This document shows, piece by piece, positions 58,501 through 64,000 of a stretch of 64,000 nucleotides of DNA (position 1 is its first letter; each line of letters starts with the position of its first letter). The DNA is taken from positions 17,548,001 through 17,612,000 of the forward strand of contig CM119372.1 in NCBI GenBank assembly GCA_051294905.1. The letters run 5' to 3'. Below the pieces are notes generated by a model, which was given only the letters and a program-made list of their open reading frames with translations, searched no databases and was not told where the DNA came from. The position numbers and the translations under genes were made by a program. This stretch comes from Botryllus schlosseri (lineage: Eukaryota).

Positions 58501-60907
58501 AGTACTTCATTTTCTTGTATCCGGCCCGCCGACTTGAGAAGATGCCCGCCTCTGACCTATGACATTCACACCTAGGGTTGCATTTAAAACAAACGTGGTT
58601 TTAAACAAAAGCCTTTAAAAAAATGTTGTTGTTTTTTAAATTGTAAAATTATGCCATAATTGTGTAAATACTTTCCAAAAAACATGTTGTATGAGCCTAC
58701 GGACAATTACCACGGGATATAGCCGACGTATATCGATACGGGATGGTTGGAACCCTCAAAATAGTCGGTTCAACAACAATAGTACAGATATTTACCCTAT
58801 ATGTTCAATTGTCAATACCAATCCACTATGACGTCACAATTGAAAATTCGTGGCGTCATGACTTAAAAATAACATGTTTTAAACAAGGGTCATGTTTTTT
58901 TTTTAATTGATTTTTGTTTTAAATGCAACCCTATTCTAATTTCTCACTCAAATCCGCCATTTTTCCTGTCTAGATTTTATATTGTGTCAGAGACTGCATC
59001 TATCATACTGTGTATAGTTAATGTTCCACCTGCAACAGCATGTTTAGCATGTATATGTTTACCTTGAAAATATACATGCTCTGAGGAATGGCCGGTTTCT
59101 TGAACTGAAGTTTGCGGAGAATCGCCTCCAGTTCAGGTGTGAAGGTCGCTTTCTCAAATTCCGGATTTAGAAAATGAAGTGCTGAAACAGGAGATACCCT
59201 CACTGAATGGCGCAATCCAACTGTAACGTGAACGAGAGCTGGCGCTTTACCGTGTCCGATTTTGTTCAAGGCCTTGTGTTTCGGTCTGTTCAGTTCCCCG
59301 TTGTCGTCCGTTGCCTCGGCTTCCCAGAAATACCGAATCTTGTCCCCGCTAGTCAGAAAGTAATCTTCTTTCATCTGCATTACAAATCATGTCATTCGGA
59401 TAAAAGCAATAATCTACAACACTTTATAGTCCTTGTCAAACCCAAAGGCAAAGTTCCAACAACGTGGGGTGTAGCGCCTGCGTCTCAGTGCCGTCACTAG
59501 GGTTGCATATAAGATAAAAATCCATTGAAAACAAACATGTTTAAAAACAAGGCCCTAATTTAAAACATGTTTTTAATTGTGTTTTTTAAGCCATGGCGTC
59601 ACGAACATTCAATTGTGACGTCATAATGGATTGACATTGACAATTGAAAATACACGGTAAATATAGCTCCTTTGACGAAATATCTGTGTTATAACGGTTG
59701 AACCGACTATTTTGAGGGTTCCAACCACCCTATGTCGATATACGTCTGCTAAATCGGGTGGTAATTGTCCGTAGGCTCATGCAACATGTTTTTTGGAAAG
59801 TATTTACAAAATTTTGGCATAATTTTTACAACTTAATTTTTTTTAAGGCGTTTGTTTAAAACTCGTTTTAAACAAAGTTTTTTAAAACCCCGTTTGTTTT
59901 AAATGCAATCCTAGCCATCAACATGAACTGGGAGCATGATTTCACACTCCGCCAATCCTAAGATTAGCGATTTACAAAGCGGGTGCATACCAATTCAGGT
60001 CGAGATTTGGAATGTAAGATTCTACCGACAGTTGAATTTGCTGAATGCATGAAATTCGAAATATGTTCAGTTGCCATTGTTAAAATGCAGGACGTCGGAG
60101 CGTTTCAAGGGTCTACCAAAATTCTTTCAATTTTATCAGAAAAAGCTTCTAATTACGAGAATAGTTGTACCGAGTGAATAGCGCGAATGCGAAACGCTAA
60201 TACAGACTATGTCGACTGTCGAGGTCACCAAGCATGCTGTCATTGCAGTGCTTTGATACTCCGCAATAGTAATAAGCCAAAGTAAAACACTAAAAGTTCT
60301 TTATAGCCAAAGGTGGCCAAAGTGGTCCGTAATTTCTACGAACATGCAAGTACAATTAGCGATTTCCAACATGTTTACAAAGTACTTCGACTTCGAGTGG
60401 AAGAGAATGATAAAAATGAAAATTATCTGGGAAGTTCTGAAGTGAGCAGGTTCAAATAGTAGATTTGGTTAAAGGGTCGCACACTTTTAGAAGTTGCAGC
60501 AATTGCAGGATGTGTCTTCGTGAATCGCGACTAATTCAAAATGACAACGACGGAATAGATCCGTGCAATCTTCGGACAATTTTCCTCATAAAAGTGGTGC
60601 AAACTTATTCTAAAAGTGTTTTCTAATTTTCAAAATCCAAATTGCAAAAAGTTAGAAGCATTGGAAAACAGTTTTTAAGTAGAAGTGAAAATAGTCTTAA
60701 TAAGTAGTGCGCGTATAGGCGAAAACGTAATCGAGTATCTGGCTTTGCTTGTAGTACACCAACCTGTTCGTGATCCTGCGTCGAAAAGACGGTGCGATGA
60801 TCAGCGGGATTCATGTCGTCGATCAATCGAGAGCATTCTTGGCGCAGTCTGTCGCATGTTTCCGGCGAATAGAAGCCCTCGATCACGAGATACCCGTCCT
60901 CCAGAAA
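55539..60907 (-). CDS. PHYHD1: Phytanoyl-CoA dioxygenase domain-containing protein 1 (first exon not located)
   Basis: Minus-strand exons 60907-60764, 59374-59251, 59181-59063, 57396-57375, 57317-57189, 56817-56672, 56461-56361, 55590-55539. Motifs [47 protein letters not shown] (HxD), [27 protein letters not shown] and NWLQP..PFP. AATAAA at 55226-55221. Confidence 0.95.
57733..57975 (-). mobile_element. tRNA-derived SINE fragment with (AAAC)n tail
   Basis: Minus-strand B box GGTTCGAGTCC near 57960 and (TTTG)n at 57733 on +. Confidence 0.5.
58044..58554. mobile_element. hAT MITE in a PHYHD1 intron
   Basis: TIR CAGGGGCGGGCA...TGCCCGCCTCTG, CCGGCCCGC motifs and a perfect TSD ACCTATGA. Confidence 0.9.
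58573..58933. mobile_element. MITE (TAGGGTTGCAT termini) copy 1
   Basis: TAGGGTTGCATTTAAAAC...GTTTTAAATGCAACCCTA; an inverted sister copy lies at 59498-59913. Confidence 0.85.
59498..59913. mobile_element. MITE (TAGGGTTGCAT termini) copy 2, inverted
   Basis: Internal sequence is the reverse complement of 58573-58933. Confidence 0.85.
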
Positions 60908-61019
60908 CTGCGATCAAAATTAACAGCGGATGGTACCGTGCCGCAATTATTTGCCATGGTCGCCGAGTTCATTATTTCATGTGGTAAATCGTTTTCGATT
61001 AATTATCCTCACTGGCCAG

Positions 61020-62015
61020 CAGGGTTGTAACCAGGGCTTTGGAGCCGGAGCCCCGGAGCCGTGCATTTTCACCGGAGCTGGAGACGGAGCTCTACTTAAA
61101 GTTCAGCCGGAGCCGGAGCTGGAGCTCGTTATTTGAGTAGCTCCGGCTTCGACGTATTTCATGAGATGCTATTATATATGCAACAACCACAGCTGCTGAT
61201 TAATCATAATTGAACAGCAGGCCTGAATTTTAATGCTATGCGCAACAATGGCATAGAGTAACTAGCCACTAGTTACGGCTAGTCCACTAGCCGCGCCAAG
61301 CGGGTAAATTTACAAAGTTTATATGTAAACTAGGTCAATAATATTATTACTTGAATATATTGCGGGTCTACTGTATACCGCCCGCATAGGCTCAGTTTGC
61401 AAGGACACGACTATTCGGCGTCTGGCCACATCGATATCGACGGTCTCCGATAATATGCGACAATAATTTTGTGCCTACTTTTCACCGTCGACGGTCCTTA
61501 TGCAAGCGCAAACGCGAAAAGACTTTCTCCCGTAATTGCGAATACAGTTAGACTCAATCGGGTAAATTAGGCGTTTTTTTCATTTTCAGTAGGGTAGGCT
61601 ACCAAGCAAGAAATCGTGGGATAATTAAACACGCAAAGTGTAAAGAAATATTTCACTACTATTTTAGTTTATTGTAATGTACGACGATTTACTGCAAATG
61701 TGACTGGACCCTGGATCTGCCAATGCGTCGGAACTGATATTTTAGTTATCAACATCCCAAGTGTCGCAGCCAGAATTGTAATTTTTGGTTGGCATTGCAA
61801 TTTCACAATCTGAGCATTTCATTTTCGATAATATAATAGGAAATTACCTCGCGGGCCACATTTGCCCCGCGGGTTGGCCACCCCTGATATTGACAGGCCC
61901 ATTCGATAATTTCAGAGCCGGAGCTGGAGCTGGAGCCGGAGCAGTGGTAATAATGCGGCTCCGGAGCCGGAGCTAATGTATGATAGAAGAATGCTCCGGA
62001 GCCGGAGCTGGAACT
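61020..62015. mobile_element. MITE with (GGAGCY)n arrays, containing a nested hAT-like element related to 1654-2230
   Basis: Starts CAGGGTTGTAACC, with GGAGCC/GGAGCT arrays at both ends. The inner segment shares CCACTAGCCGCGCCAAGCG...GGATCTGCCAATGCG with 1.7-2.0 kb. Confidence 0.65.
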
Positions 62016-62599
62016 GCTGTGACCATAACATTTATTTAAACAGTTCAACTGTTTCAGCACGATGGCGATCGACTCGATAGCATCTATAGTATTTTAGCGA
62101 TTTAATACTTAACAGTCATGTGGCATTGTATTTGAGGTTTTGTGAATCTCATTATCGTCGAGAAAACATTTAGGAAAATATTTTCTGCGAAATGGATTTG
62201 TCGACGAAGTAGCAAACTCGAAACAATAAACCAATTTTTGTCAGACTCGATCAATATTGACGCGATTCCGCGAGGGCAATGTTTATTTAAATCCGCTGCC
62301 CGAGTAGTCGGAATACCGATTGCACAATGATGTATCCAGGTCACGGCAGTGAGTTTATGGCGCAATGTTCGATTGATGCACACAATTGCACAATGCACAT
62401 CCGCCACCAATAACATCTTCATGAGCGATCCGATATGCTGACGTCGCCATATACAGTAAAAGTGCTTGCTAAGTCAGATCGACCAAAGCGCGGTGTAAAT
62501 GTAAAACAAATGCTGTATATCACAACAAAATCAACCGCGGAGAGAATCAGAAACTACAACGCCATGAGAATCCCACCAAACACGAACATTTGGCGTGAT

Positions 62600-62880
62600 T
62601 AGCTGTCGCCGTTGACAAAAAAGCCCAGAAAAAGAGCCGAAAAGAAAGCACTCACAAGCAATGGAAAGTACTAGTAGAAGGGACGTGGCTTCAAAAAAAG
62701 ATCAACATCGAAAAAAAGAACCGTGAGATCGGGCACTCTAGGCCGAGATGGATGTTAGAGTAAAGGATCGCTACTGATGCGTGTCGTTCGACATCCTCCT
62801 ATCTGTTCGTTACATCGCATTGTGTCATATCGCATTGTACATTGTGTGTAAGTTGTTCAGATGAAAATTATATCCCAACG
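62600..62880 (+). mobile_element. Family B SINE body and tail
   Basis: Reverse complement of 42895-43180. Confidence 0.8.
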
Positions 62881-63729
62881 ATTATTGATACTAGCTATCT
62901 GCAGTCTGTACGCATCAGCGATCGAGCAACGACCGTCGTTTACATCGATTATTTCACCACAGTTAGTGCAGTACACCACTCAACTGGCCACCTAATCCCC
63001 AAGTGTTCCGAGAAACAGTGCGCATTGCTCAAGATGAAATATATCGACGAAGACAAGTGGGAGGAACAAAACCTAGTTTTGCCAACCCATTTCTGACAAT
63101 TGGAATGTCGTTACGTCGTGGTATTTGTGGCCTCATAAAGTTTGCAGATCAACATCAGCCGAAAATATTCGGGTCAATTTCAATATGAATATACTATCCA
63201 ATTGTATACTGAAGTTCTGCACCTCCAAGAATCTCTTCAGATAAACATCTGAAACGCAGTCGTTCAATGAAATAATGTGAGCACTGCACAACTGTTCATG
63301 AGCCAATCACGAATTAAGCAGCTACATTCTGTATATCGTACACGCAAAGAAAATGCTTTACTGCACATTGCTCATAAATGCATTAGAATTGCACTCAGAC
63401 CGAAGCGAGCGTGCTTAGGAAACTGATTTTTATTGATTACGAAACAATAGATCTATGACAAATGCGATCCTGTTCTATTACGTCGAACCAACTAACCTTA
63501 TTCAATCTGTCCCCTGTAAAATCGAATGTATCCATGATGACTCGACTGCAATAACGAAGAGAACGCTTGTTCCAGCCAGGTTCTCGGCATATAGAGATTA
63601 CAAACAGCAATGTAGATTATTTTCGACTCACATGAACACCTCGCAGGGTTCAAAATCAGACCAATTTTATGAGAGATGCGTTCGTTTTTCGATCCGTCAG
63701 TGGGCGCTGACCTTTTTACAATGTTGCTC

Positions 63730-64000
63730 TCATCTCGTTTTCATGACAGACGGAGTCAGAGTCATTTTATTGAAATTTTCATCTGATCAAAATAGCAAAA
63801 GATTGAGATGGACAGACTGTTATTTCAATGGACAATTCGCAGAGGTATATCAGTGATATCACCTCACAATTCACATAGTAGCCTACATCTGATCACCTGA
63901 TCCAAAGACTGACTTACAGGCATTCTGCAATTGTGCAATGTGCAATGTGCATGTTATGTGGGGGTGGGCCATGGAGTCATCACAAAAATGCCTGATTTGT
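63730..64000 (-). CDS. Probable last two exons of an unidentified gene continuing beyond the window
   Basis: Donor GTAAGT at 63917 and acceptor TTTTGATCAG at 63783. The spliced frame is open: QIRHFCDDSMAHPHITCTLHIAQLQNAYENFNKMTLTPSVMKTR*. AATAAA at 63434-63429. No family recognised. Confidence 0.45.

Noticed and set aside
35311..60907. Functional cluster of two 2OG oxygenases with LIAS as a metabolic gene cluster
   Set aside because: The families and predicted compartments differ. Adjacency alone is not evidence without conserved synteny.
60937..60957. ATGGCAAATAATTGCGGCACG as the PHYHD1 first exon
   Set aside because: It would need a 29-nt intron, and unspliced it is out of frame with the next exon.

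Overview
AT-rich, intron- and transposon-rich animal genomic DNA. A marine invertebrate chordate such as an ascidian is my inference from protein similarity, 57-69 nt introns and the repeat families; it is not proven. I assembled these genes by hand from GT-AG sites with consistent reading phases: (1) ERK/MAPK1 on +, first coding exon not found in the window; (2) lipoyl synthase LIAS on -, complete, 368 aa; (3) an unnamed 11-exon, 541-aa gene on + (35311-47754) with a signal peptide and two tandem 2-oxoglutarate/Fe(II) dioxygenase folds, the N-terminal one lacking the metal ligands and the C-terminal one keeping HxD...H...R (the most novel item here); (4) RNASEK on -, intronless CDS; (5) PHYHD1 on -, first exon not located; (6) probably the 3' end of another minus-strand gene at the right edge. 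Introns and intergenic DNA hold many MITEs with verifiable TIRs and TSDs, L2-like and RTE-like LINE fragments, tRNA-derived SINEs, and a Penelope-like retroelement with a minimal hammerhead ribozyme. That element sits inside a five-level nested insertion at 28.7-33.7 kb.
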